Shown here: positions 9,668-19,822 of the stretch, piece by piece
How positions within the stretch are numbered: the first letter of the stretch is position 1
Layout of the letters: each line of letters opens with the position of its first letter
Origin: Pseudanabaena sp. OTE_70b_metabat_355
GTDB lineage: Bacteria; Cyanobacteriota; Cyanobacteriia; Pseudanabaenales; Pseudanabaenaceae
Direction of reading: 5' to 3'
Length of the DNA stretch: 64,000 nt
Assembly (NCBI GenBank): GCA_031377675.1
Contig: JANMFC010000526.1
Location: 120-64,119 of the forward strand
Notes under the pieces: model-generated
What the model saw: only the letters and a program-made list of their open reading frames with translations
Database searches by the model: none
Told to the model about the DNA's origin: nothing
Position numbers and translations under genes: made by a program

Positions 9668-10561
9668 TTAGGGGAGAATTCCCACTTGTTGTAATACAAT
9701 CTTCAGTTTTGCTTCGAGTTCAGCATTGCCTGCAACTAAGGGCGATCGCACCACGCCTGTATCTAATCCCAACAATCGCAAAGCCACTTTCAGAGGAATT
9801 GGATTACTGGTTATAAATAAAGCCTTAAACAATGGGAAAAGCTGAATATGAATGCGCTGAGCTTCTTGCACGTTACCTGCGACAAAGGATTGCATCATGG
9901 TTTGCAGTTGATTGCCAACTAGATGGGAAGCTACGCTCACAACTCCCTTTGCACCGACCGCCATCAATGGCAATGTCAGAGAGTCATCGCCTGAATAGAT
10001 CGCAAACTCGGCAGGTGTGAGAGCGCGAATTTGGCTGGCTTGATCTAAATCACCTGTAGCTTCTTTAACGCCAATAATGCTAGGAATTTCGGCTAACTTC
10101 GCAATGGTTTCAGGTTCGAGCTTACAACCTGTCCGACTAGGCACATTATAGAGAAGAATCGGAAGCTCTGGTGCAGCCTCAGCGATCGCCCGAAAATGAG
10201 CATATAGTCCCTCTTGCGGAGGCTTGTTGTAGTACGGTGTTACCTGTAGTGTACCATCTAATCCCAGATGTGCGGCTTTTTCAGTCGCAGCGATCGCTTC
10301 GGAAGTGGAATTCGATCCCGTCCCAGCCATGATTTTGGCTTTACCCGCGATCGCCTGTTGCAACACCGTAAACAACTTATATTCTTCATCCCAGCTTAGG
10401 GTGGGTGATTCGCCTGTCGTCCCGCACACGACAATTGTATCTGTCCCATTCTCCACTAAATGAACAGCAAGCTGTTCGGCTCTAGCATAATCGACATTCC
10501 CTTCTCTATCAAAGGGAGTAATCATGGCTGTTAATAAACGTCCGAAATCAATGTCACTCAT
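9668..10561 (-). CDS. dapA: 4-hydroxy-tetrahydrodipicolinate synthase
   Basis: [26 protein letters not shown] and YSGDD motifs. Confidence 0.96.
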   Translation of the reverse strand: MSDIDFGRLLTAMITPFDREGNVDYARAEQLAVHLVENGTDTIVVCGTTGESPTLSWDEEYKLFTVLQQAIAGKAKIMAGTGSNSTSEAIAATEKAAHLGLDGTLQVTPYYNKPPQEGLYAHFRAIAEAAPELPILLYNVPSRTGCKLEPETIAKLAEIPSIIGVKEATGDLDQASQIRALTPAEFAIYSGDDSLTLPLMAVGAKGVVSVASHLVGNQLQTMMQSFVAGNVQEAQRIHIQLFPLFKALFITSNPIPLKVALRLLGLDTGVVRSPLVAGNAELEAKLKIVLQQVGILP

Positions 10562-10602
10562 AGATACTCATATATAGAAGCTTGCCGAAAGCTTGTAAAC
10601 CT

Positions 10603-11619
10603 TTAGAGAAGAGACTTAGCAATTAGTAGTTCCGCGATCTGCACAGCATTTAATGCTGCGCCTTTACGGATTTGATCGCCGCATAGCCATAATTCCAAAC
10701 CATTGGGGTGAGAAATGTCTTGACGAATTCTTCCCACGAGAACATCATCTTTGCCGCTTGCATCAATGGGCATCGGGAAATAATTTTTAGAGAAATCTTC
10801 AACCAACATTACCCCCGCAGCTTCAGCGAGAATCTCTCTGGCTTTTGCAACAGGGAAAGGATGCAAAAACTCTAGGTTAATCGCTTCAGAATGCGCTCGC
10901 AATACGGGAACCCGTACACAAGTAGCACTAATGCGAATATCCGAATCGCCAAAGATTTTGCGCGTTTCGTTCACCATTTTCATCTCTTCCTCGCAATAGG
11001 AGTTGTCCGTCATCGGAGAATTATGGGGGAAAAGATTAAAGGCGAGGGGATAGGGCAGAATCTCAGGGATAGCAGGTTCGCCATTGAGAATAGCCTGTGA
11101 CTGCACCTTCACTTCTTCCATCGCTCTAGCACCCGCACCACTTGCCGATTGGTAAGTAGCGGCGATAATGCGTTGGATTGGCTGCACCTGATGCAATGGG
11201 TAAATTGCTACAGCCATCAAAATTGTCGTGCAGTTGGGATTGGCGATAATCCCTTTGTGGTTAGCGGCGGCTTCAGGATTGACCTCTGGCACGATCAACG
11301 GCACATCGGGATGCATCCGAAAAGCACTGGAGTTATCAATCGATATTGCCCCAGCTTTAGTGGCGATCGGCAGCCATTGTTTGGAGATACTGCCACCAGC
11401 CGAAGCCAGCAAAATATCCACTCCATCAAAGGAAGATTCGCTAACTGCTTCGATGATGATATCTTCACCTGCAAACTTAATCGACTTGCCCGCCGATCGC
11501 TCTGAAGCTAAAACCTTGAGTTTGCCTAAAGGAAAATTTCTCTCCTCTAGCAAAGCCAAAAGCTCTGTGCCAACAGCGCCTGTTGCTCCAAGAATGGCAA
11601 CGTTATATTTCCTACTCAA
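10603..11619 (-). CDS. asd: Aspartate-semialdehyde dehydrogenase
   Basis: GATGAVG, NPNCTT, TYQSASGAG, CVRVPV and DQIRKGAALN motifs. Confidence 0.96.
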   Translation of the reverse strand: MSRKYNVAILGATGAVGTELLALLEERNFPLGKLKVLASERSAGKSIKFAGEDIIIEAVSESSFDGVDILLASAGGSISKQWLPIATKAGAISIDNSSAFRMHPDVPLIVPEVNPEAAANHKGIIANPNCTTILMAVAIYPLHQVQPIQRIIAATYQSASGAGARAMEEVKVQSQAILNGEPAIPEILPYPLAFNLFPHNSPMTDNSYCEEEMKMVNETRKIFGDSDIRISATCVRVPVLRAHSEAINLEFLHPFPVAKAREILAEAAGVMLVEDFSKNYFPMPIDASGKDDVLVGRIRQDISHPNGLELWLCGDQIRKGAALNAVQIAELLIAKSLL

Positions 11620-11798
11620 TGAACCTCCAAAACAAAAACATCAATTAGGTGGGAAAACTTTTGCTGAGATTTGTGTAAATGACTTGTGTGTAGATTGGTC
11701 ATTTACGTCAGCTTTAACCATATATTAACAAACTTTAGCAAGATAACACCAAATATTCAAGAACAAGGTGCTTAAGCCCCTTGTTCTTGAATATTTCT

Positions 11799-12080
11799 CT
11801 AGGGTCCTGTAAAAATTGCATCTTCGACATCTTTGCGACTAAGGGAATAGGGAAATGCGCGTTGGATTTCTTTAGCGCCATAGACATCTTGAATATAACG
11901 AACCCGAATATCTTCGATGTCCATAATAATTTCGGCTTGCCAAGACGATCGCGTAACCCGCCAAACATTAGGATTTGATTGATCTTGATCGCAACCCTGT
12001 TCATTTAACCATGCTTCGAGGGCTGGTAAAGGATGATTGTAAAGTGGTGTAGCAGAGGAGGGAAGCGCCATAGGTGACAT
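11799..12080 (-). CDS. DUF3143 family protein
   Basis: TPLYNHPLPALEAWL and F.YSLSR.DVE.AI..GP motifs of this conserved cyanobacterial family. Confidence 0.8.
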   Translation of the reverse strand: MSPMALPSSATPLYNHPLPALEAWLNEQGCDQDQSNPNVWRVTRSSWQAEIIMDIEDIRVRYIQDVYGAKEIQRAFPYSLSRKDVEDAIFTGP

Positions 12081-12127
12081 TTATATGTGACAGGTTGGTG
12101 ATGCGCGACTTTGCCGAGCATCACCAA

Positions 12128-12583
12128 CTATTCAACTAGAAAGGAGTAGTTTGGGAAAATTGATATCGGTGCGATCGCTTCGGGAAAAAGGGGATCGCCG
12201 CGTAGCCATGCAATTAAAATCGCAAGCACTAAACAGGCAACTAGCGTAGCACCAATTAACAACAGTGAAAATAGTTCAGCGCCAGATAATGGTCTTTCGG
12301 TGGGTAAACCGTCATCGTCAATGGTCTGAAGATTTTTTGGAGCTTGAGATGTGTACTGAAATCGTGAAAATTGAATCAGGCGATCATAATCGCTGCGGCG
12401 TTCAGGGTTACTAAGCGCGGCATAAGCTTCGTTAATTTGCCGAAAAGTTTCTACGGCGGTATCTTTTGGTAGCTCGGTGGTGTCAGGATGATAAAGTTTG
12501 CTCAGATCGCGATAGGCGCGGCGGATATCAATTTCGCTTGCCCAAGGTGTAACACCTAAAATGGCATAGTAAGTTTTCGTCAT
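12128..12583 (-). CDS. J-domain protein with C-terminal transmembrane helix
   Basis: YYAILGV, HPD motif, INEAYAALSNPERR..YD, hydrophobic C-terminal helix. Confidence 0.88.
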   Translation of the reverse strand: MTKTYYAILGVTPWASEIDIRRAYRDLSKLYHPDTTELPKDTAVETFRQINEAYAALSNPERRSDYDRLIQFSRFQYTSQAPKNLQTIDDDGLPTERPLSGAELFSLLLIGATLVACLVLAILIAWLRGDPLFPEAIAPISIFPNYSFLVE

Positions 12584-12615
12584 AAAACATTTGATGGCAG
12601 TATGCTGAATATTGA

Positions 12616-12653
12616 TTAATTTTGTAAGTTAATTTTGTAAGTTAATTTTGTAG
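12616..12653. repeat. 13-nt tandem repeat x3 (TTAATTTTGTAAG) in a divergent promoter region
   Basis: Read directly from the sequence; the third copy is slightly degenerate. Confidence 0.8.
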
Positions 12654-12715
12654 CCTTTCCCGATCCACTTTTCCATACTTATTTTCCTGCTCACTTTTTT
12701 AGTTGTGCTATTTTC

Positions 12716-13618
12716 ATGCCTTGGACTCGCATTATTAGTGCCTTATTAGTCGTTCCACTGGTATTGGCGGCGATCGCGATCGGTGGTTGGGCGTTTACCG
12801 CAGCCTTTGCCCTGCTGGTGGTGTTTGGTCAGATGGAATATTTTGCGCTTGTACGAGCCAAGGAGATCGTACCTGCCAGCAAAATTACGATATTTGTCAG
12901 TTTAGCATTGCTACTAGTTTCACAATTGCGGGTAGAGCTTGCGGATGCGGTGATCCCGATCGCAGGTACTTTTATTTGCTTTTATTTGCTCTTCCAGCCC
13001 AGAATCGCCACGATTTCCGATATTTCCGCCTCGATTTTAGGTTTGTTTTATGGTGGTTATTTACCCAGCTTTTGGATTCGGATTAGAGGCTTGGGTGATG
13101 GGGCAGCCTTTGAAGTAAGCGATCGCCTTCAGCAGTTTGATTTTTTTAGTCATTTACGCCATCTTGATCAGCTTCAATATTTACGGATCACCTTTCCTGT
13201 ATCCAATGGCTGCATCTATATATTGATGGGTTTTTGTTGTATCTGGGCTTCCGATGTGGGGGCTTATATATTTGGTAAAATATTTGGGCGCACGCGACTT
13301 TCGGATATTAGTCCTAAGAAAACTGTGGAAGGTGCGATCGCGGGTTTACTTTGCTGTTGTGCGACGGCGGTTATTTGGGCTTTTAGTCTAGGTTGGGCGC
13401 AGTGGTGGCTATCAGGGTCAATTTTGGGCTTATTAATTGGCATCGCTGGTTTATTAGGCGATCTGACCGAATCGATGATGAAACGTGATGCAGGAGTCAA
13501 GGATTCGGGACAAATCATGCCAGGGCATGGCGGCATCCTCGATCGCGCCGATAGTTATGTGTTTACAGCGCCGTTGGTTTATTATTTTTTGACTTTGATT
13601 TTGCCTTTAGTCCATTGA
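12716..13618 (+). CDS. cdsA: Phosphatidate cytidylyltransferase
   Basis: Polytopic membrane protein with SDVGAY, ISPKKTVEG and KRDAGVKDSG...PGHGGILDR signature. Confidence 0.94.
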   Translation: MPWTRIISALLVVPLVLAAIAIGGWAFTAAFALLVVFGQMEYFALVRAKEIVPASKITIFVSLALLLVSQLRVELADAVIPIAGTFICFYLLFQPRIATISDISASILGLFYGGYLPSFWIRIRGLGDGAAFEVSDRLQQFDFFSHLRHLDQLQYLRITFPVSNGCIYILMGFCCIWASDVGAYIFGKIFGRTRLSDISPKKTVEGAIAGLLCCCATAVIWAFSLGWAQWWLSGSILGLLIGIAGLLGDLTESMMKRDAGVKDSGQIMPGHGGILDRADSYVFTAPLVYYFLTLILPLVH

Positions 13619-13664
13619 TCATATAACAAGACGCGGTGCGCCCTGTTATACCGTATTTGCCATT

Positions 13665-13820
13665 CTACCGTGTACGCACAACTAAGAAGTATTTTCAAAT
13701 CTCACCAATAACCCCTCCCTAACCCTCCCCTTGCAAAGGGGAGGGAACGAGATTTTCTAGTCTTCCCCCTTTGCAAGGGGGAATTAAAGGGGGTTTTTGA
13801 GACTTATGTGTACACTGTAG
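13665..13820. mobile_element. Degenerate MITE (TIR family of 45995-46180) enclosing a C/G-run REP doublet
   Basis: Left CTACCGTGTACGCACAACT and right ACTTATGTGTACACTGTAG form an imperfect inverted repeat (15/19). The interior, about 13712-13794, has CCCCTTGCAAAGGGG / CCCCCTTTGCAAGGGGG hairpins. Confidence 0.6.
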
Positions 13821-13868
13821 ATTTAGATTTAGAACATTAACTACATCTAGTGTCTGCTATGATAAATA

Positions 13869-14438
13869 ATGCAAACTAAAACGCTAAATCTGTTTATGGT
13901 GGCTCAAATTAAGACGGCTCAAGTTAAGACAAATCCTTCCAAAACTTTAACAATCGTGACTCCACTCAAAGGACAGATTCAGGTATTTATCGCACCCCAT
14001 CGCAACCTTTATGCTGACATTATCGCTCAGGGGTTGCGGACGGCTGGACAGGGAACAAAGGTATTATTGGTACAGCTTTTTCAGACGGGGATCAATCAAG
14101 GCTTGTCCAATCCACGTCGGCTAGTCGAAAATTTGGAATGGCTGCGTTGTGAAGCCGAGCGTGATCTATCCCAAAATGACATTGACCTCACGGAATCCGA
14201 AAAATCGGCGGTGCTAGAACTTTGGGACTATGCCAAGGTGGCGATCAAGTCGGCTAAGGCGGGATTAGTGATCCTTGATGAAGCGAATTTGCTCGTGGCC
14301 CGATCGCTAATTACCGAAGAAGAATTGCTACAAGTGCTAGAAACGCGATCGCCTAACGTCAACATCATATTAATGGGGGCTTCGATGCCAGCCCTGATTT
14401 CTGATTATGCCGATCAAGTCACACACCGCCGCCACTAA
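13869..14438 (+). CDS. CobO/BtuR-like (cob(I)alamin adenosyltransferase-like) P-loop family protein, divergent
   Basis: GQIQVF, LRTAGQG.KVLLVQ, LVILDE and .AD.VT motifs; the P-loop is degenerate. Confidence 0.7.
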   Translation: MQTKTLNLFMVAQIKTAQVKTNPSKTLTIVTPLKGQIQVFIAPHRNLYADIIAQGLRTAGQGTKVLLVQLFQTGINQGLSNPRRLVENLEWLRCEAERDLSQNDIDLTESEKSAVLELWDYAKVAIKSAKAGLVILDEANLLVARSLITEEELLQVLETRSPNVNIILMGASMPALISDYADQVTHRRH

Positions 14439-14464
14439 ATCCACAAAGCGCCTCAAAAAAGTGC

Positions 14465-14496
14465 GTCAAAAAAGCTCGCTTTCCGAGCTTTTTTGA
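14465..14496. terminator. Bidirectional-type hairpin between convergent genes
   Basis: GTCAAAAAGCTCG...CGAGCTTTTTTGAC flanked by A/T runs. Confidence 0.65.
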
Positions 14497-14850
14497 CTAA
14501 GAACCCAGCTTAAATGCTTCGAGAAATAGCCCGTAGGTTACGCCTAACTTGAGAGAATTTAACATATCCGTAGTTAATAGCCTTGGTGCTAAACTGCCAT
14601 CAGCAAGCGTAACCCTCCTAAGACCATAGACAAAACGGTTAATGATTTCTGTGACCGTGACAACAACCGCCGCCGCGATAATATCTAATTCGGATTTAGC
14701 TCCCGTCGAAGTCGAGATCACTGAGGCTAAAAAGAAACCCAGCAATAGACTAATCACGATCAACGATGTTCGCCGCCAAGGATTACGCGACCATTGCGAT
14801 AATCGTCCAACGCTGACATTTACAATAGTGTTAAGACGAGTATTTTGCAT
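14497..14850 (-). CDS. ycf20: DUF565 / Ycf20-like membrane protein
   Basis: MQNTRL, NPWRR and K.G..YGLFLEAFKLGS motifs. Confidence 0.88.
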   Translation of the reverse strand: MQNTRLNTIVNVSVGRLSQWSRNPWRRTSLIVISLLLGFFLASVISTSTGAKSELDIIAAAVVVTVTEIINRFVYGLRRVTLADGSLAPRLLTTDMLNSLKLGVTYGLFLEAFKLGS

Positions 14851-14875
14851 AATAGTTAGTTAAATTGCATACCCA

Positions 14876-16690
14876 ATGAATGCCAAATTATATAGGCTAC
14901 TATTAGTCGATCGCGATCGCATTTTTCGGATGGGATTGAGATCGTGGTTGGCGCAATTTCCAGATTTGGAAGTTGTCGCGGAAGCAGATTATGCCGAAGA
15001 TGCTTTGGTAATTTTGGGATTAGATTCTAAAGAAAATTCCGTAGCTGTCCTTGAGGTTGATTTAGTAATTCTTGATCTGAACTTGGGTCGCTCAAATTCG
15101 GAACTGGATAAATCTCAGCGCTTTTCAGGTTTAGAGCTATGTCAGAAATTAAAAGCAAAATATCCTGACTTACCAATTTTGTTATTGAGTGCGCTACAAG
15201 TTCCTGAATTAGTGGCGGCGGCGCTGCACTGTGGTGTTGAAGGCTATTGTCTCAAGGGAACTAGCCCTGAAGAATTAATTACCGCGATTCGTCAAGTTGT
15301 CATCGGTGAACCTTATCTGGGCGATCTAGATCGCGATATCAGCATTCCAAATTCGGCAAATCAATTAACTCCCAATTTCCCCGATCAGCCGATAAGTGTA
15401 ACGGAGATCGTTAGAAATAACTTCCATTTGTCGGGAATCAGACATATTGATCGAATGTTGAAGGAGGTAAAGGCAAATTTAGATCATTCAGATCAAGAAG
15501 AATTAGGCGATCGCCTTGCGAAGATGGTGTTAGCAGGGCAGGCGCGTGAATTGCAAGCAGCGCGGTGGTTATTGCATCAGTTATGGGGAACGCCCAAAAG
15601 ATCACGAGTGATTACTCAATCGATTCCAATTGCTAATGTCGAAGATGTGGTTAGTGTAAATGCAGAAATAAGCGATCGCTTCACGAATAATCCCAATCCT
15701 GATATTCTCGCTATACAGGCGAGTCTATGGGATATAACTGTCACCAAGCTGCAATCAAGTTTAACTAATTTGAGTAAAACTCCTTTAGAAATAGATATTT
15801 TAAAAGATGAAAAGAAGCGTGAACTGCTCTATATTGCCTTGCGACAAGTAGAACGTAGCTTGACAGAACTACGTTTTGCAGAAATTCAGCCCTCGCAACT
15901 AGGAGAAAGAATATCGATAATTTTACAAGATATTTGGCAAGAAACGGTGATTAATTTCTTTGGCAAGTACTATATTTTGAGTAGTACTAATTATAAATTA
16001 GATAATAAATCAGGTAATAATTTAGACATTAATATTGTTGATATTATTCTCAAAGATTTTCCAATTATCCAAACAGAATTTTTAAATCAAATTCCGCAGA
16101 TCGATAATTTATTTTCACATTTGTTATTTAAAACAGATTTGGTGATGAATAATGCGATCGCCACGTTAGGAACACCTGAAGCAATGCGGAGAGCCGAATT
16201 AATCTTAGATAATCTGATTATTCAAATAGCTAATGCCGCGATTCAGCCACTTTTAAACCACTTTGCCGACGTAGAAGAAATCAAACATAAATTCTATCGT
16301 TATAATCTGATGGCAACTCGCGAAATCGAGCGTTTTCGCAATGATTTATCTTGGAAATATCGCTTAAAAAAATATGTCACCGATCCGCAACTAATCTTTG
16401 AAAGCCGTCATATTTTATTTGCGCTCACCAATCCCAGTATCCGCAAAATAAGTATTTATGCACCACGCACTCAAGAATTAGAGCAATTGGAAGGAGTTCA
16501 GCTTGCCGTAACTTTGGTGTTGGAATTAAAAGATGCGATCGCCCCACGTTTAAAATCAGCGATTGCTCTTCTTGGCAATGGTTTTGTGTATGTATTAACC
16601 AATGTGATTGGGCGCGGAATTGGTTTGATTGGACGCGGTGTGGTACAGGGGATTGGCAATGCTTGGCAAGACAGGAATTCTAAAAATTAG
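14876..16690 (+). CDS. Response-regulator receiver + DUF3685 protein (Ycf55-like)
   Basis: N-terminal REC domain (LLVD..., VILDL, GYCLKG); C-terminal TREIERFRN.LSW, IYAPR..EL..L.G and IGRGIGLIGRG. Confidence 0.85.
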   Translation: MNAKLYRLLLVDRDRIFRMGLRSWLAQFPDLEVVAEADYAEDALVILGLDSKENSVAVLEVDLVILDLNLGRSNSELDKSQRFSGLELCQKLKAKYPDLPILLLSALQVPELVAAALHCGVEGYCLKGTSPEELITAIRQVVIGEPYLGDLDRDISIPNSANQLTPNFPDQPISVTEIVRNNFHLSGIRHIDRMLKEVKANLDHSDQEELGDRLAKMVLAGQARELQAARWLLHQLWGTPKRSRVITQSIPIANVEDVVSVNAEISDRFTNNPNPDILAIQASLWDITVTKLQSSLTNLSKTPLEIDILKDEKKRELLYIALRQVERSLTELRFAEIQPSQLGERISIILQDIWQETVINFFGKYYILSSTNYKLDNKSGNNLDINIVDIILKDFPIIQTEFLNQIPQIDNLFSHLLFKTDLVMNNAIATLGTPEAMRRAELILDNLIIQIANAAIQPLLNHFADVEEIKHKFYRYNLMATREIERFRNDLSWKYRLKKYVTDPQLIFESRHILFALTNPSIRKISIYAPRTQELEQLEGVQLAVTLVLELKDAIAPRLKSAIALLGNGFVYVLTNVIGRGIGLIGRGVVQGIGNAWQDRNSKN

Positions 16691-16789
16691 AAATCAAAGG
16701 CTATGATTGGAACTATTTGCAAGCTGAAGTGGAAGCGATGCAAGTTAAAATTTAGTAAATTAAAAAAACTTCTAGCAGAGGCTAAAATC

Positions 16790-17212
16790 ATGGAACCCAA
16801 ACCACCACTCCCACCATTTACCCTAGAAACTGCCAAAGCCAAAGTGCAAGCTGCCGAAAATGCTTGGAATACTCGCGACCCCGATCGCGTGGCGATCGCT
16901 TATACCGAAGATTCTGAATGGCGCAATCGTGACGAATTTGTAAATGGACGCGATCAGATTAGGGAATTTCTCAAACGCAAATGGGTGAGAGAACTAGATT
17001 ACCGATTGAGAAAGGAACTTTGGTGTTTTATGGACAATCGGATTGCAGTGCGATTTGAATATGAGTACCATGATCAATCTGGTAATTGGTATCGCGCCTA
17101 CGGCAATGAGAATTGGGAATTTGCGGAAAATGGGTTGATGATGCGGCGCTTTGCCAGTATTAATGATCTTGCTATCCAAGAAAGCGATCGCAAGTTCCGA
17201 TGGGAACGTTAA
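16790..17212 (+). CDS. DUF1348 / NTF2-like family protein
   Basis: PPLPPFT.ETA..KV..AE.AWN.RDP and [12 protein letters not shown] motifs; start placed at ATG 16790. Confidence 0.88.
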   Translation: MEPKPPLPPFTLETAKAKVQAAENAWNTRDPDRVAIAYTEDSEWRNRDEFVNGRDQIREFLKRKWVRELDYRLRKELWCFMDNRIAVRFEYEYHDQSGNWYRAYGNENWEFAENGLMMRRFASINDLAIQESDRKFRWER

Positions 17213-17242
17213 ATATAGTACTTCTTTCCCAATCAAGAAATA

Positions 17243-17259
17243 GCGGCGCAAAGCGCCGC
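17243..17259. repeat. Short GCGGCGC-AAA-GCGCCGC hairpin
   Basis: Same core as the hairpin at 52032-52068. Confidence 0.6.
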
Positions 17260-17339
17260 CACTCTGTCCTGAGTTTTGTGTCCCGTCTGGGCTGGTTACA
17301 GCTATACTTATTAAAAGCTGTACAGTTAGGAAGCCGATC

Positions 17340-17981
17340 ATGTGGATGAAAGCAGACTTTGACTATAAGGATTTAAAGATTGCGCTTGAGTCTAAAAACT
17401 GGCGAGAAGCGAATGAAGCTATTATTGATGTATTCGATCATGTGTCGATTGATAGATTACATGATTACATTAATTGCAGCGACCTGTTGATCATTGATCG
17501 GCTGTGGACGGATTATAGTGGTGGACATTTTGGGTTTACTAAGCAACTACAAATATGGAACGAACTAAATCACAACTTTCTGGCTTTTTCGATGAGAGTT
17601 GGTTGGAAAGTTGATGGTAAATGGATTGATAGACCAAAATATGACATTACGGCTTTATCAGGACACTTGCCACTAATTTTCCTCTATCATGGTGTATGTG
17701 AACAAATTTCCCCTGAATGGTGGGATGCTTTAGCGATTCTGTATAGTGAATGTACCAATCTCAAGCAAGGCAGTCAGGGAAAAAAAGTCCGTGAACTCCA
17801 ATCTCTACTCAAAGAAAAAAACTGTTACGGCGGTCCCATTGACGGTGACTTTGGTTTTCGGACTAGCAATGCAGTCAAACTTTTTCAAATAGCTCAAGAT
17901 CTTCAATCAAGCGGAGTTGCTGATCTAGAAACATGGAAAAAATTGCTAGGCGATCGCCTTAGTAGAGTCGAAGTAGGTTAG
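17340..17981 (+). CDS. GUN4-like domain fused to a peptidoglycan-binding (PG_binding_1) domain
   Basis: CSDLLIIDRLW..YSGGHFGF..Q..IW and RVGW...GHLP (GUN4); LKQGSQG..V..LQ..L, IDGDFG..T..AVK.FQ and GVAD..TW (PG-binding). Confidence 0.8.
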   Translation: MWMKADFDYKDLKIALESKNWREANEAIIDVFDHVSIDRLHDYINCSDLLIIDRLWTDYSGGHFGFTKQLQIWNELNHNFLAFSMRVGWKVDGKWIDRPKYDITALSGHLPLIFLYHGVCEQISPEWWDALAILYSECTNLKQGSQGKKVRELQSLLKEKNCYGGPIDGDFGFRTSNAVKLFQIAQDLQSSGVADLETWKKLLGDRLSRVEVG

Positions 17982-18030
17982 TCGTTGCCAATCAATCCAA
18001 TCACTAAATAAAATCAGCCATAACATCAGC

Positions 18031-18444
18031 CTATAAATTTACCCGACTCTTTAATTCGGTGATTGATTCGAGCCAAACATTGTACTCATCGCTTTCCTGC
18101 CATAATTCATTTAATTCTGAATTTTCACCAACAATCCGAGCGATCGCTTGATGCGCTTTCTGAACTAAATCTTTAGACGGCTGAAGCAATTTATGTTCCT
18201 CTACCCACATATCCGTGTTCAAAGAATAAGCACTACGTTCACCCCAATTACCCTGCAAACGCGCAATAACTTCGATCGCGGCGATCGCCTCAGTTGCTTC
18301 TGGTGCTTCTACATATTCATTGCCAAAAGCAATAACGGCATCGATCGCAGCTTCAACTAACGAGAGGTCACTGACTTCTTCGAGTCCATCAGCCCAGTCA
18401 CAAGCATCATCGTTTCCAAAAGAGTCAACGAGCCAAGTTCCCAT
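18031..18444 (-). CDS. DUF4259 family protein
   Basis: MGTW...FGND.ACDW, AIAA.EV and SEL.ELW.E motifs. Confidence 0.82.
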   Translation of the reverse strand: MGTWLVDSFGNDDACDWADGLEEVSDLSLVEAAIDAVIAFGNEYVEAPEATEAIAAIEVIARLQGNWGERSAYSLNTDMWVEEHKLLQPSKDLVQKAHQAIARIVGENSELNELWQESDEYNVWLESITELKSRVNL

Positions 18445-18581
18445 AAATTTCTTTTAAATACAAGATGCATTACAAAATGCATTAATTTTCGCAACCGTAA
18501 CCTACCTCAAATACTGATAGTAAGTCAATCGCGATCGCCCACCTGATAAAATACGATCTTGTACTTCTCCCATCCAAACCC

Positions 18582-19412
18582 ATGACCGATTGGCAAATCG
18601 CCGCCGAATTTGAAGATATCCTCTATCACAAAGCCGATGGCATGGCAAAAATTACGATCAATCGCCCCCAAGTGCGTAACGCTTTTCGTCCCAAGACTAT
18701 CACCGAAATGATCGCCGCCTTTACTGATGCGCGAGAAGATATTGCGATCGGTGTAGTTTTGCTAACGGGTGCGGGACCCGCCGAGGATGGTAAGTACGCC
18801 TTTTGCGCTGGCGGCGATCAGAAAGTTAGGGGAGATGGCGGATACATTTCCGAGTCAGGTGTGCCACGCTTGAATGTGCTGGATTTGCAGCGACTGATTC
18901 GGACTATGCCCCAACCTGTAATTGCTCTAGTTGCAGGTTATGCGATCGGTGGTGGTCACGTTCTGCACGTTGTCTGTGATCTAACGATCGCCGCCGATAA
19001 TGCCATCTTTGGGCAGACAGGTCCGATGGTGGGTAGCTTTGATGGTGGGTTTGGTGCTTCTTATTTAGCTAGATTGGTGGGTCAGAAAAAAGCAAGGGAG
19101 ATTTGGTATCTCTGTCGCCAATATGATGCTGAAGAGGCGCTAGAAATGGGTTTAGTTAACAAAATAGTACCCGTAGAGCAGTTGGAATTAGAGGGCATTC
19201 AATGGGCGCAAGAAATTTTAGATAAGAGTCCGCTTGCGATTCGTTGTCTGAAGTCGGCTTTTAATGCTGATTGTGATGGACAGGCGGGAATCCAAGAATT
19301 AGCGGGTAATGCAACTCTATTGTTTTACATGACTGAAGAAGCGCAAGAGGGTAAACAAGCATTTTTAGAAAAGCGAAAGCCAAACTTTCGCCAGTATCCT
19401 AAGCTACCTTGA
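18582..19412 (+). CDS. menB: 1,4-dihydroxy-2-naphthoyl-CoA synthase
   Basis: [26 protein letters not shown] and VGSFDGG crotonase-fold motifs. Confidence 0.96.
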   Translation: MTDWQIAAEFEDILYHKADGMAKITINRPQVRNAFRPKTITEMIAAFTDAREDIAIGVVLLTGAGPAEDGKYAFCAGGDQKVRGDGGYISESGVPRLNVLDLQRLIRTMPQPVIALVAGYAIGGGHVLHVVCDLTIAADNAIFGQTGPMVGSFDGGFGASYLARLVGQKKAREIWYLCRQYDAEEALEMGLVNKIVPVEQLELEGIQWAQEILDKSPLAIRCLKSAFNADCDGQAGIQELAGNATLLFYMTEEAQEGKQAFLEKRKPNFRQYPKLP

Positions 19413-19822
19413 TTGCTGGGTTTAATGCGATCGCAAACATAAAATAAATTCAGGATAGCCTCTAGCAGTGGCTTATAAGGAATTGATGATTATTTAAAAA
19501 ATCATGTTTGTCGATTTGAATTGATGGATACGATAAGAATTAACTCAGCATGAGTTTTTTTTTTCTGATTTTTTAAGGTTGAAAATATTTGTATTTGAAT
19601 AGGCTTCGCCCCTAGTCAGCATTTCCAAGGACTGTGATCAATTTTTGCAAATAGTTGTGAAGTCAATGATCAATTTCTACATCCAACAGGGTAGACTTAC
19701 AATTATGGTATTTGAGTCAGTCAGTTACTATGTTTTTGGTAATTGCATTGATTTTGCGAAATATAGTTAAAAACTGTTTCTTAAACAACAGTTAACCTTC
19801 AACAAAATTTAAAGCGAGGAGC

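Noticed and set aside
19687-19694. GGGTAG motifs upstream of the 987-aa gene and (minus strand, about 63303-63308) upstream of hpsA as SigF/SigJ promoters
   Set aside because: They only partially match the consensus and no TSS data are available.
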